Below the pieces are notes generated by a model. That model did no database searches, was not told the origin of the DNA, and saw only the letters and a list, made by a program, of their open reading frames with translations. This document shows positions 40,414 to 49,212 of a DNA stretch of 64,000 bases, piece after piece. Position 1 is the first letter of the stretch. Each line of letters starts with the position of its first letter. Source of the DNA: SAR324 cluster bacterium REDSEA-S27_B3 (GTDB lineage: Bacteria > SAR324 > NAC60-12); the NCBI GenBank assembly GCA_001627865.1, contig LUQO01000065.1:13134-77133 (forward strand), read 5' to 3'. The position numbers and the translations under genes were made by a program.

Positions 40414-41574
40414 ATGTTTGATGACGACCAGGATATTTCAGCCATCAAGGATGGTATAAAGTCTCTTTGTCTTAAATTTCCCAACAAATACTGGAGAGAA
40501 AAAGACCGTTCCCGGAGCTATCCTGAAGAGTTTGTGAAGGCCTTGTCTGATCATGGATACCTTGGCTGTCTGATTCCTGAAGAATATGGAGGAAGCGGAC
40601 AGCCACTCAGAGCGGCTGCAGTGATTTTGGAGGGGATACATCGTTCCGGAGGCAACGGCGCGGCATGTCACGCGCAGATGTACATTATGGGCACTTTGCT
40701 CCGTCATGGTTCTGAGGAGCAAAAAAAGAAGTATCTCCCAGGGATTGCTGAAGGCAGTTTGCGGCTTCAGGCCTTTGGTGTAACCGAACCTAGCAGCGGG
40801 ACTGATACACTTTCGTTAAAAACTACCGCCAGAAAAGATGGAAATACATATATCGTAAACGGACAAAAAGTCTGGACTTCACGGGCGGAACATTCAGATC
40901 TGATGCTGCTTCTGGCAAGGACCCAAAGTCGTGAACAAGTTGAGAAACGGACTGAGGGTTTATCGGTTTTTATCGTGGATATGCGCAGTGCTCTTGATAA
41001 GGGGTTAACGATAAGACCAATCAGAACAATGTTGAACCATGCCACTACCGAAGTTTTTTTTGATGAACTGAAAGTTCCGGAAGAAAATCTGATAGGTCAG
41101 GAAGGAAAAGGATTTCGTTATATACTGGATGGAATGAATGCAGAGAGAATACTGATAGCCGCAGAGTGCATTGGTGATTCTCGCTGGTTTACAGATAAAG
41201 CCACAAGCTATGCTAATGATCGAGTAGTGTTTGACCGTCCTATTGGAAAGAACCAGGGGATTCAGTTCCCAATCGCCCAGGCTTACGCGGCAACCGAGGC
41301 TGCCGCTTTGATGACAGAGAAGGCAATACTGATGTATGAAAATGGCAGGCGTCCTGGTGCAGAGGCAAATATGGCGAAACTGCTCGCATCAGAAGCAAGC
41401 TGGAAAGCCGCTGAAGCATGCATGCAGACTCATGGAGGATTTGGTTTTGCTGAAGAATATGATGTCGAAAGAAAGTACAGAGAAACACGCTTGTATCAGA
41501 TTGCACCCATTTCCACCAACCTTATTCTTTCCTACATTGCCGAGCATGTGCTTGGTCTGCCGAGGTCATACTGA
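40414..41574 (+). CDS. acyl-CoA dehydrogenase
   Basis: 386 aa with typical ACAD blocks (FGVTEPSSGTD, VNGQKVWTS). The C-terminal YEGT-type Glu is replaced (YQIAPIST). A Glu sits in MNAERILIA, as in isovaleryl-CoA-DH-type enzymes. Confidence 0.88.
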   Translation: MFDDDQDISAIKDGIKSLCLKFPNKYWREKDRSRSYPEEFVKALSDHGYLGCLIPEEYGGSGQPLRAAAVILEGIHRSGGNGAACHAQMYIMGTLLRHGSEEQKKKYLPGIAEGSLRLQAFGVTEPSSGTDTLSLKTTARKDGNTYIVNGQKVWTSRAEHSDLMLLLARTQSREQVEKRTEGLSVFIVDMRSALDKGLTIRPIRTMLNHATTEVFFDELKVPEENLIGQEGKGFRYILDGMNAERILIAAECIGDSRWFTDKATSYANDRVVFDRPIGKNQGIQFPIAQAYAATEAAALMTEKAILMYENGRRPGAEANMAKLLASEASWKAAEACMQTHGGFGFAEEYDVERKYRETRLYQIAPISTNLILSYIAEHVLGLPRSY

Positions 41575-42701
41575 TGGGAGCGCTTGATGGTTTACTGGTA
41601 GTCAGTCTGGAACAGGCAGTTGCCGCTCCGTTTGCATCATCAAGACTGGCTGACGCCGGAGCGAGAGTGATCAAGATTGAACGGCCTGAAGGTGATTTTG
41701 CCCGAAATTATGATCATGTCGTGGAAGGCCATTCCGCTTATTTTGTCTGGCTGAATCGCGGCAAGGAATCGATTTGTATGGATCTTCGCCAGCCTGAAGA
41801 AATCAGCTTACTTAGATCTATGCTTTTGAAAGCTGATGTACTGATCGAAAATTTTAAGCCCGGATCACTGCCAAGACTTGGAGTTGATCTGAACGATCTG
41901 AGAAAAGTAAATCCGCGTCTGATCACTTGTTCCATCAGTGGTTATGGAGGCCAGGGAGCATGGGCTTCCATGAAAGCTTATGATTTACTGATTCAGGCAG
42001 AAACAGGATTAGCTTCCATCACAGGCTCTGTTGACGCACCTGGCCGGGTTGGAGTATCTATTGCTGATATTGGCGCAGGAATGTATTCTCATTCCGCAAT
42101 ACTGGAAGCGCTGATAGCAAGGGGAGTCAGTGGTCGCGGCAGGCATATAGAAGTGTCCCTCTTCGATGCGCTGGCAGACTGGATGGCGGTGCCTTTATTA
42201 TGGCATGACTATGGAGGCAAGGCCCCCAAAAGGGTTGGTCTGGGACACCCCTCAATCTGCCCATATGGTGCATTCAAAACTGCTGACGGGAAGACGATTT
42301 TACTTTCCATACAGAACGAACGTGAATGGAAAATATTTTGCTCTGATATTCTGGATGACTCAGATTATGCTGTTAAATACCCTGATAATTCCTCCCGTGT
42401 GAAAAATAGACAAGAAGTGGATGATCGTGTTGCCCAGGTTTTAGGCAGTATGTTATATGCTGATGCTGCAGCAAGTCTTAAAAAAACCGAAATTGCCTAT
42501 GGAACACTAAACGAAGTTCAACACTTTTCAACTCATCCGGTTCTGCGTCGTGCTGTTATTTCGTCCACGGGCATAGAAATAAAAATTCCAGCTCCGCCGG
42601 CAATTAATGATAAGACTCCAATAGAATCTCTACGCGATGTTCCCGAGTTGAATCAGCACGGTGAAGCAATACGTGAGGAGTTTGTAAATATTTCATCTTA
42701 G
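41574..42701 (+). CDS. family III CoA-transferase (CaiB/BaiF)
   Basis: LEQAVAAPFASSRLADAGARVIKIERPEGDFAR is a typical N-terminus. 1-nt overlap with the ACAD stop (TGATG). Confidence 0.9.
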   Translation: MGALDGLLVVSLEQAVAAPFASSRLADAGARVIKIERPEGDFARNYDHVVEGHSAYFVWLNRGKESICMDLRQPEEISLLRSMLLKADVLIENFKPGSLPRLGVDLNDLRKVNPRLITCSISGYGGQGAWASMKAYDLLIQAETGLASITGSVDAPGRVGVSIADIGAGMYSHSAILEALIARGVSGRGRHIEVSLFDALADWMAVPLLWHDYGGKAPKRVGLGHPSICPYGAFKTADGKTILLSIQNEREWKIFCSDILDDSDYAVKYPDNSSRVKNRQEVDDRVAQVLGSMLYADAAASLKKTEIAYGTLNEVQHFSTHPVLRRAVISSTGIEIKIPAPPAINDKTPIESLRDVPELNQHGEAIREEFVNISS

Positions 42702-42709
42702 ATCTAATT

Positions 42710-43549
42710 ATGAATGTTCCCGAATATGCTTCCTGGATCAACAAAAAAGAAATATATTTTGATCAATTGACTGAGGTTAATTCCACTCGTCTGCATTACA
42801 CATTGAACATGTCAGGAAAACCTCCTTCTTTGGGGGAACCGGTGTTTCCAATGGTACTGTTTATCCTGGGAGAGCCTTCAGTCCGGCCTGAAGAGCTTGG
42901 AGAAGACGGTCATCCTGCTAAAGGTGGTTTTATGCCGCCTGTGCCGCTGAAACGCAGGATGTTCGCAGGAGGAGACTATGAGTTTTTTCAACCGTTGAAA
43001 ATTGGAGACGAGGTTGATATCAGTTGGGAAATATCAGACATCACTCGAAAAACCGGAAGCAGTGGAGAGCTGATTATTGTTGATATACTCAGGGAATTTA
43101 GTGTACAGCAGGAACTTTGCATCAGAGAAATCAGACACATCGTTTATACTGACTCAAAACCGAAAACGGGTCAGCCGGGAAAACCTGAAGACCACGGAGA
43201 TTGGGTAGAGACTCTGGAATCAAATCCTACACAGTTGTTTCGCTACTCTGCATTAACGTTCAACGGACACAGAATTCACTATGACCGCCCATACGCCATG
43301 GAAGTCGAAGGTTATCCGGGACTCGTGGTACACGGACCTCTGCTGGCAACATTGCTTTCACTTTTTGCGGAACGTAAATCCGGACGAAAGCTGAGTAAAT
43401 TCTGTTTCAGGGGGAAACATCCCGTTTTTGATTTGCATGAATTTACTCTTACAGGGAGTTTAAAGGGAAAGGACTCAGCAGAACTGCGTGTACTGGATCA
43501 TCAGTCACAGCTGGCTATAACCGCTAATGCCGAATTTCTACCAATTTAG
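42710..43549 (+). CDS. MaoC/hotdog-fold enoyl-CoA hydratase (itaconyl-/mesaconyl-CoA hydratase-like)
   Basis: 279 aa. The C-terminal half has the MaoC block FNGHRIHYDRPYAMEVEGYPGLVVHGPL. 8 nt after the CoA-transferase gene. Confidence 0.7.
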   Translation: MNVPEYASWINKKEIYFDQLTEVNSTRLHYTLNMSGKPPSLGEPVFPMVLFILGEPSVRPEELGEDGHPAKGGFMPPVPLKRRMFAGGDYEFFQPLKIGDEVDISWEISDITRKTGSSGELIIVDILREFSVQQELCIREIRHIVYTDSKPKTGQPGKPEDHGDWVETLESNPTQLFRYSALTFNGHRIHYDRPYAMEVEGYPGLVVHGPLLATLLSLFAERKSGRKLSKFCFRGKHPVFDLHEFTLTGSLKGKDSAELRVLDHQSQLAITANAEFLPI

Positions 43550-43557
43550 GAGAGATT

Positions 43558-44655
43558 TCAGGCAGCCAGTTTTTCAAAAACCTGTCCATGTCCGTCAAAC
43601 ACGTGACAGGTATTCGGAGAAAATCCAATAGAAACTGAGTCTCCCACGCTGACAACTTTGTCTCCTGCGGCATGAACAGTCAGTTCTTTGTGGCTTTCTG
43701 TATTAACATAAAGGTATGTTTCTCCACCGAGACGCTCTACAGCGAAAACCTCTCCGCGTAATTTTGCCTCACTTTCTGCAGTCAGTTCAAGGTGTTCAGG
43801 TCTGACTCCGGCTTTGACTGAACTTCCGGTATTTATCTGATCTCCGGGTTGACAGGGGACTTGAACTTTTAAGTGGCTGTTTAATTCAAGTTCAACGGCC
43901 TTTTCTGAAATTCCGGACACTTTACCATCCATAAAATTCATTGCCGGAGAACCTATGAAACCTGCAACGAAAATATTTGCCGGCTTATGATACAAGTCCA
44001 GCGGCGCTCCAACCTGTTCAACATAACCCTCCCTTAGAACCACTATTTTATCCGCCATTGTCATGGCTTCTACCTGATCATGTGTAACATAAATCATGGT
44101 GGCATTCAGTTCACGATGCAGTTTCGTCAATTCTATACGCATCTGTACTCGAAGTTTTGCGTCCAGATTTGAAAGCGGTTCATCGAAAAGGAAAACCTTC
44201 GGATCCCTGACAATAGCTCGTCCGATAGCAACTCTTTGTCTCTGGCCACCCGAAAGTTCTTTTGGTTTACGCTCCAGAAGTTCCGTAATCTGCAGGATTT
44301 CAGCGGCCTCTCTAACTTTTTGGTCAGTTATTTTTTTATCGGTTTTTGCCAGCCTGAGTCCAAATGACATGTTCTGATAAACATTCATGTGCGGGTATAG
44401 TGCGTATGACTGGAAAACCATGGCAATCCCGCGTTTTGCCGGAGGCAGATGATCTACACGTTTTCCATCGATTTCAATCTCTCCCTTTGTAACATCTTCC
44501 AAACCTGCAACCAGACGAAGCAAAGTTGATTTCCCGCAGCCGGAAGGCCCGACAAAGACCACAAATTCATGATCATCTATTTCAAGATCAACACCGTGGA
44601 TAACTTCTGTATTTCCAAAGGATTTGTAAATGGAACTCATTTTTACATCAGCCAT
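43558..44655 (-). CDS. ABC sugar transporter ATP-binding protein (MalK/AglK-like), second paralog
   Basis: Walker A GPSGCGKST, LSGGQRQR, FLFDEPLSNLD. 365 aa. Monocistronic orientation. Confidence 0.95.
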   Translation of the reverse strand: MADVKMSSIYKSFGNTEVIHGVDLEIDDHEFVVFVGPSGCGKSTLLRLVAGLEDVTKGEIEIDGKRVDHLPPAKRGIAMVFQSYALYPHMNVYQNMSFGLRLAKTDKKITDQKVREAAEILQITELLERKPKELSGGQRQRVAIGRAIVRDPKVFLFDEPLSNLDAKLRVQMRIELTKLHRELNATMIYVTHDQVEAMTMADKIVVLREGYVEQVGAPLDLYHKPANIFVAGFIGSPAMNFMDGKVSGISEKAVELELNSHLKVQVPCQPGDQINTGSSVKAGVRPEHLELTAESEAKLRGEVFAVERLGGETYLYVNTESHKELTVHAAGDKVVSVGDSVSIGFSPNTCHVFDGHGQVFEKLAA

Positions 44656-45023
44656 ATTTTTTCCTCACACTAAACCTTTAAAAGTCTGAAATTTCGAAAG
44701 TAAATTGTTTTTTTATTCATTGCAGAATTCCACAAAACGTGGAAGCAGTCAAGGAGAATTTATTGAGTGATTTCTGTGAGATTCAAAACAAACAAAACTT
44801 ATTTAAACACATTTAATAGTACTACTCAATTATAATTCCTCTAACCTGATTCTCAACAAGATTCCAAGACTTAAAATATTTTCAATTATTGATATGAACT
44901 AAGACAGTTGCATTAATCTTGGGCTACTTATGAATATGTGATAAAATGCACATAATTGATTATCAATCCTGTAAATCATTTGAATTTTGAAATGAAAAAA
45001 ACAATTAATGTTTAACAAAAGCT

Positions 45024-45320
45024 ATGCGTCTTAATAAACAACAAATTGAATCGATCAAAGATGCATTATCTGTGAGTTTTGGAGTTGATGCGGAAGTGTG
45101 GCTATTTGGTTCACGAACTAACGATTCCTTACGTGGTGGAGATATTGATCTGCTAGTACGCAACGCACCATCAGGGGATGAGGGATTTAGGTGTAAAATT
45201 AAATTCCAGGTTGAATTAGAAAAACTGCTGGGAGAACGCAGAATAGATGTAGTAGTTGAACAACCAGGAGATGAACGTACAATTGTACGATACGCACACG
45301 AAAATGGTATTTGCTTATGA
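45024..45320 (+). CDS. minimal nucleotidyltransferase (MNT/MntA-like antitoxin)
   Basis: 98 aa with the NTase motif LFGSRTNDSLRGGDIDLLV. Confidence 0.8.
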   Translation: MRLNKQQIESIKDALSVSFGVDAEVWLFGSRTNDSLRGGDIDLLVRNAPSGDEGFRCKIKFQVELEKLLGERRIDVVVEQPGDERTIVRYAHENGICL

Positions 45321-45787
45321 ATGCAGATAGGGAAGTATTAATTCAAGCTTTGGAACGTTGTGAAACAAATGCACAAGCATTAAGGGAAGCACTTGAAGAT
45401 TTGCGTCCAAATGTAAAAGAATCACTTTCTGAACTGGAGAATTTGGACAAAACCACGCGTCGAATATTAGACCAATTTGCTTATCGCTTTACACGTCTTC
45501 AAGATGATATGGCAAATCTTCTGATTCCTGCCATTTTGCAAAACATGGCAGAAGATGTGCGAAGCATGGCAGCAATTGATCGATTTAATAGACTTGAGCA
45601 ACTTGAGTGGCTGGATTCCTCTGAAGAATGGCTTGAAATGCGCCGTGTTAGAAATGAATTCACTCATGATTATCCAGGGAAGTTATCCGAACGTACCTCA
45701 AAATTAAGTGAAGCCATAAAGGTTTCGTATAGACTGATGGAAATATTTGATCATCTTAAAGTAAAAATTAAAACTGAATTTACTTAA
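45317..45787 (+). CDS. HEPN-domain protein (HepT-like toxin partner)
   Basis: The ATG at 45317 overlaps the MNT stop (ATGA). R-x4-H motif in RVRNEFTHDY. Predicted all-helical, about 156 aa. Confidence 0.7.
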   Translation: MNADREVLIQALERCETNAQALREALEDLRPNVKESLSELENLDKTTRRILDQFAYRFTRLQDDMANLLIPAILQNMAEDVRSMAAIDRFNRLEQLEWLDSSEEWLEMRRVRNEFTHDYPGKLSERTSKLSEAIKVSYRLMEIFDHLKVKIKTEFT

Positions 45788-45801
45788 GCCAAAATCTTTG
45801 A

Positions 45802-45963
45802 AAACAAAAAGTAATTAACTTAAAGTACAGATTTTTCCAATTCTATCTGAAGCACGAAAGATACGGAAGTAAGGATGATACCATTTTTCTAAAAACAATT
45901 ATTCCCAGTAGAAAAGCTACTAAACTATTCAAAATGGAGCAGGAAGGAAATGAAATACGATAA
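45802..45963 (+). pseudogene. possible brnT-type toxin remnant (no start codon, N-terminus missing)
   Basis: An open frame with no ATG/GTG start reads ...KHERYGSKDDTIFLKTIIPSRKATKLFKMEQEGNEIR*. The IIPSRKATK tail resembles the RIISARKATK C-terminus of BrnT toxins. It overlaps the downstream antitoxin start, as in brnTA operons. Confidence 0.3.
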
Positions 45964-46207
45964 AGAGGAATTAAGTATTATAGAAGCTTTGGAAAAAAAC
46001 TCACTTGCTTTGGAAAGTCCATCCACTGATGAACTGAAAGCCATCAAAGTAGCGGCAGAGAATACTTTTCGCAAAGATCGACGTATTACATTGTGGCTGT
46101 ACGAACATGATTTTCAAGGCATTCAAAAAAAAGACATGGAAATGGGAATCCCTTATCAAACGCTGATATCCGGACTCATTCATCAATACGTTGAAGGAGA
46201 ATTGTAA
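45950..46207 (+). CDS. BrnA/CopG-like antitoxin
   Basis: 85 aa. The C-terminal block KDRRITLWLYEHDFQGIQKKDMEMGIPYQTLISGLIHQYVEGEL matches the BrnA-type RHH pattern (GIPYQTLIS..IH.YV.G.L). Confidence 0.7.
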   Translation: MKYDKEELSIIEALEKNSLALESPSTDELKAIKVAAENTFRKDRRITLWLYEHDFQGIQKKDMEMGIPYQTLISGLIHQYVEGEL

Positions 46208-46372
46208 TCACAAACCACCTGCTTATATTTCTTGTCTGCAAAGTTTTCCGTGAATTCATAAGAATATATCAAAACTGATTGTTACTTCCATACCTATATA
46301 ACACACTATAAATTTGATAACTGAATGTAGAAACTTATTTGTGAAAGTTCCGCGATTGTAGCAAACGAGAAC

Positions 46373-47398
46373 TTAACTCCTATTGAATCTACAGGTAGAC
46401 TGACGGTGTACCAGTTCAGTCTGCCATATTTTCTGCATTGTGTCCGGCGCACATCCACCTATAATTTCCATCAGCATACCAACTAAACGTTCACCTGCAT
46501 TACTTGCCTGAGGACGCATAGTAGTTAATGGCGGAATATTTGTTTTCGCTATTTCCAAATCATCATAGCCAATTAAAGAAACATCTTTTCCAACTGTCAG
46601 TTGAAGTTGCTGTAAAGCCTGCAATATTCCTGTGGCGGCTTCAGTTTGAAAGATAATTGCTGAAGGAGGATCTGTATGCTGCATCAGTTCCAGTGTTTGC
46701 TGTAAGCTGCTCAGTTCAGCATCTCCATGCCGCCATTCCCTGACTAAATCTGGATCAAATGCAATGCCTCCGTACTTCAATCCGTTTTTATAGCCATCAA
46801 AACAAAAAGCTGGAAACATGTACTCTGGTTCACCGTTAATCAACGCAATTCTTTTATGTCCAAGATCAATTAGATATTTGCAGGATTCTCTGAAAGCAAG
46901 TTCTCCGTCCATGTCCAGAAAAGCATGTGGACGTGGATCTTCTGTTCTTCCATACAAAATAAAAGGAAAATTTTTGTCAAGCAGATAAGAGATTCGTTCA
47001 TCCTGGGCTTTGGTGAGTGTCAATATGATGCCATCTACCCTTTTCCCCTGCACCATTCTGTGCAGAGAATCGATTTCATGCTGCGAATCAGGAGCAACTG
47101 ATATAGTTAAATCAAAACCTATTTTGCCAAGACTCACACTGATACCCGAAAGCAAATCCAGGAAAAATGTGTCTTTAAAATAATTTTGACCGGGGGAGAG
47201 AACAATTCCAATTGTCTCTGTTTTACCTTTTTGAAGTCTTTGTGCCACTGGATTTGGATGGTAGTTATGTTTTTTTGCTGCCTCCCGTACACGGTGCCTG
47301 GTGTCAGAACTGACATCTGAATATCCCGCTAGTGCACGTGAAACAGTCGTTGTAGATAATTCAAGTTTTTCTGCAAGTTGGCGTAAGTTTACAGGCAT
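46373..47398 (-). CDS. LacI-family transcriptional regulator
   Basis: N-terminal HTH LRQLAEKLELSTTTVSRALAG plus a periplasmic-binding-protein-like sugar-binding core. 341 aa. Confidence 0.9.
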   Translation of the reverse strand: MPVNLRQLAEKLELSTTTVSRALAGYSDVSSDTRHRVREAAKKHNYHPNPVAQRLQKGKTETIGIVLSPGQNYFKDTFFLDLLSGISVSLGKIGFDLTISVAPDSQHEIDSLHRMVQGKRVDGIILTLTKAQDERISYLLDKNFPFILYGRTEDPRPHAFLDMDGELAFRESCKYLIDLGHKRIALINGEPEYMFPAFCFDGYKNGLKYGGIAFDPDLVREWRHGDAELSSLQQTLELMQHTDPPSAIIFQTEAATGILQALQQLQLTVGKDVSLIGYDDLEIAKTNIPPLTTMRPQASNAGERLVGMLMEIIGGCAPDTMQKIWQTELVHRQSTCRFNRS

Positions 47399-47469
47399 TG
47401 GAATTTAGTGCATATACTTAACGAAATAATTATAATTTCGAAACTATTATAGAAATAATTGTAGCTTTA

Positions 47470-47483
47470 CCAAATCGTTTTGA
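47470..47483. promoter_or_regulatory. Imperfect LacI-type operator copy
   Basis: CCAAATCGTTTTGA matches 12 of 14 positions of the perfect site at 47624-47641. Lies 72 nt upstream of the lacI-family gene start. Confidence 0.4.
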
Positions 47484-47568
47484 GCATTTTAAATATCACC
47501 ATTTCTCTTCGCAAGTCAAGTGTCAATTTGATAATCAATAAAAAAATAAATTAATTTTGCATTTTTTG

Positions 47569-47597
47569 TTGACATTTTAAAAAATGGTAAGTAGATT
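47569..47597 (+). promoter_or_regulatory. Candidate sigma70 promoter of the alpha-glucoside operon
   Basis: TTGACA (47569-47574), 17-nt spacer, TAGATT (47592-47597). The operator palindrome lies about 27 nt downstream. Confidence 0.35.
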
Positions 47598-47623
47598 TAT
47601 ATCCTCGTGGTTTGTCAAACTTT

Positions 47624-47641
47624 TTCCAAAACGTTTTGGAA
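47624..47641. promoter_or_regulatory. Perfect 18-bp LacI-family operator palindrome
   Basis: TTCCAAAACGTTTTGGAA is self-complementary with the central CG typical of LacI/GalR operators. Lies 76 nt upstream of the SBP ATG. Confidence 0.6.
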
Positions 47642-47716
47642 ATGAAGTTTAAACCTGATATACGGTTAGGTATGTTGTCTTACCGGAATTGTTAATTGAA
47701 GAAAAGGAGTTGGGAT

Positions 47717-49033
47717 ATGAAACATCTTATGAGTATCATGAAAGTAGCGATATTGGCAGTAGTTACTACGACGCTGATTAGTCTGCCTGCATTAGCAGGT
47801 GAGTACAAAGGGCCCGATCTGAGCGGGCAGACAATTACAATTTCCGGTCCATGGTTGACTGGAGATGAGGAAAGTTTTGAAGCAGTTACGGCCTATTTTG
47901 AAAAGGCAACGGGTGCTAAAGTCGAGTATGCCGGTTCTGACAGCTTTGAACAGCAAATCGTGATTGATATCAAGGCTGGAAGTCCCCCAAATATGGCCGC
48001 GTTCCCACAGCCTGGACTTGCTGCGAATATGGCTGCAATTGGAGGGTTGATTCCCCTTGGCAGCAAGACCGAAAGTTGGGTCAAGAATAATTATGCTGCA
48101 GGTCCATCCTGGGTCGATCTGGGTACATACAAAAACAAGGCAGGAAATGATGAGTATTATGGTTTTTTCTTCAATGTGAATGTCAAGTCCCTGGTCTGGT
48201 ATGTTCCAGAGAACTTTGAGTCAGGTGGATACTCAGTTCCAAATACCATGGAAGAATTAATCGCTTTGAGCGATCAAATTGTGAAGGACGGAGGTACTCC
48301 GTGGTGCATTGGGCTAGGGTCCGGTGACGCTACAGGTTGGCCTGCTACAGACTGGGTGGAGGATCTGATGCTGAGAACACAGCCGCCCTCAGTTTATGAT
48401 GGTTGGGTTAGCAACGAGATTAAATTCAATGATCCCCGTGTTGTAAGTGCAATAGAAACATTTGGTCTGTTTGCTAAAAACAACAAATATGTTGACGGAG
48501 GAATGGCCGCGGTTGGTTCAACCGATTTCAGGGACAGTCCAAAAGGCTTGTTCACAGTTCCGCCTCGTTGCTATATGCATCGTCAGGCAAGCTTCATTCC
48601 GGCCTTCTTTCCAAAGGATGTCAAAGTTGGAGTGGACGCTGATTTTTTCTACTTCCCCTCTTATTCCACAAAGAATTTGGGGAACCCAGTTCTGGGTGGC
48701 GGAACGTTAATAACAATCACAAAAGACAGCAGTGCTACACGTGCTTTCATGGAGTATTTGCAACATCCTAAATCTCATGAAATATGGATGGCGCGTGCGG
48801 GATTCCTTACTCCGCACAAAGGAGTGAATCTCAGCAAGTATTCAAGTGGGATACTTCGCAAACAGGGTGAAATTTTACAAAACGCTACTACCTTCCGATT
48901 TGATGGCTCAGACCTGATGCCGGGAGCAATTGGCGCCGGAGCATTCTGGAGTCAAATGGTGTACTTTGTTAGTGGCGCGTCCGCGAAAAAAGTTGCCGAT
49001 AATGTACAATCCAGTTGGGATTCTATTAAGTAA
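47717..49033 (+). CDS. ABC transporter periplasmic alpha-glucoside/oligosaccharide-binding protein (AglE-like)
   Basis: The ATG at 47717 is preceded by AAGGAG at 7-nt spacing. Signal peptide MKHLMSIMKVAILAVVTTTLISLPALA. Family-1 SBP size. Confidence 0.88.
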   Translation: MKHLMSIMKVAILAVVTTTLISLPALAGEYKGPDLSGQTITISGPWLTGDEESFEAVTAYFEKATGAKVEYAGSDSFEQQIVIDIKAGSPPNMAAFPQPGLAANMAAIGGLIPLGSKTESWVKNNYAAGPSWVDLGTYKNKAGNDEYYGFFFNVNVKSLVWYVPENFESGGYSVPNTMEELIALSDQIVKDGGTPWCIGLGSGDATGWPATDWVEDLMLRTQPPSVYDGWVSNEIKFNDPRVVSAIETFGLFAKNNKYVDGGMAAVGSTDFRDSPKGLFTVPPRCYMHRQASFIPAFFPKDVKVGVDADFFYFPSYSTKNLGNPVLGGGTLITITKDSSATRAFMEYLQHPKSHEIWMARAGFLTPHKGVNLSKYSSGILRKQGEILQNATTFRFDGSDLMPGAIGAGAFWSQMVYFVSGASAKKVADNVQSSWDSIK

Positions 49034-49097
49034 AATTTCCCAACCGAATGACCGCTTGTATAGCTGACTTGAAAAAACTGTAATTTGAGTAATCGAT

Positions 49098-49136
49098 GCG
49101 CATCCGGCTTTATCTGAAAAATTCAGTCGGATGTGC
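49098..49136 (+). other. Intercistronic imperfect stem-loop between the SBP and permease genes
   Basis: GCGCATCCG ... CGGATGTGC forms 9 bp including one G-U pair. It encloses an inner CTGAA-aaa-TTCAG hairpin. No U-tract. Confidence 0.3.
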
Positions 49137-49212
49137 TTCCTATCCATGATACCGGCAGGCAGTTATTGAAAACATAATCGCGGTCCCCTCCTTTTTTCTC
49201 ACATAATCCTAT

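Noticed and set aside
33071-44655. The two MalK-like ATPase genes (33071-34177 and 43558-44655) as a recent duplication
   Set aside because: The shared blocks are the universal Walker/signature motifs of the family. The C-terminal domains differ substantially, which fits distinct paralogs serving the two ABC systems.
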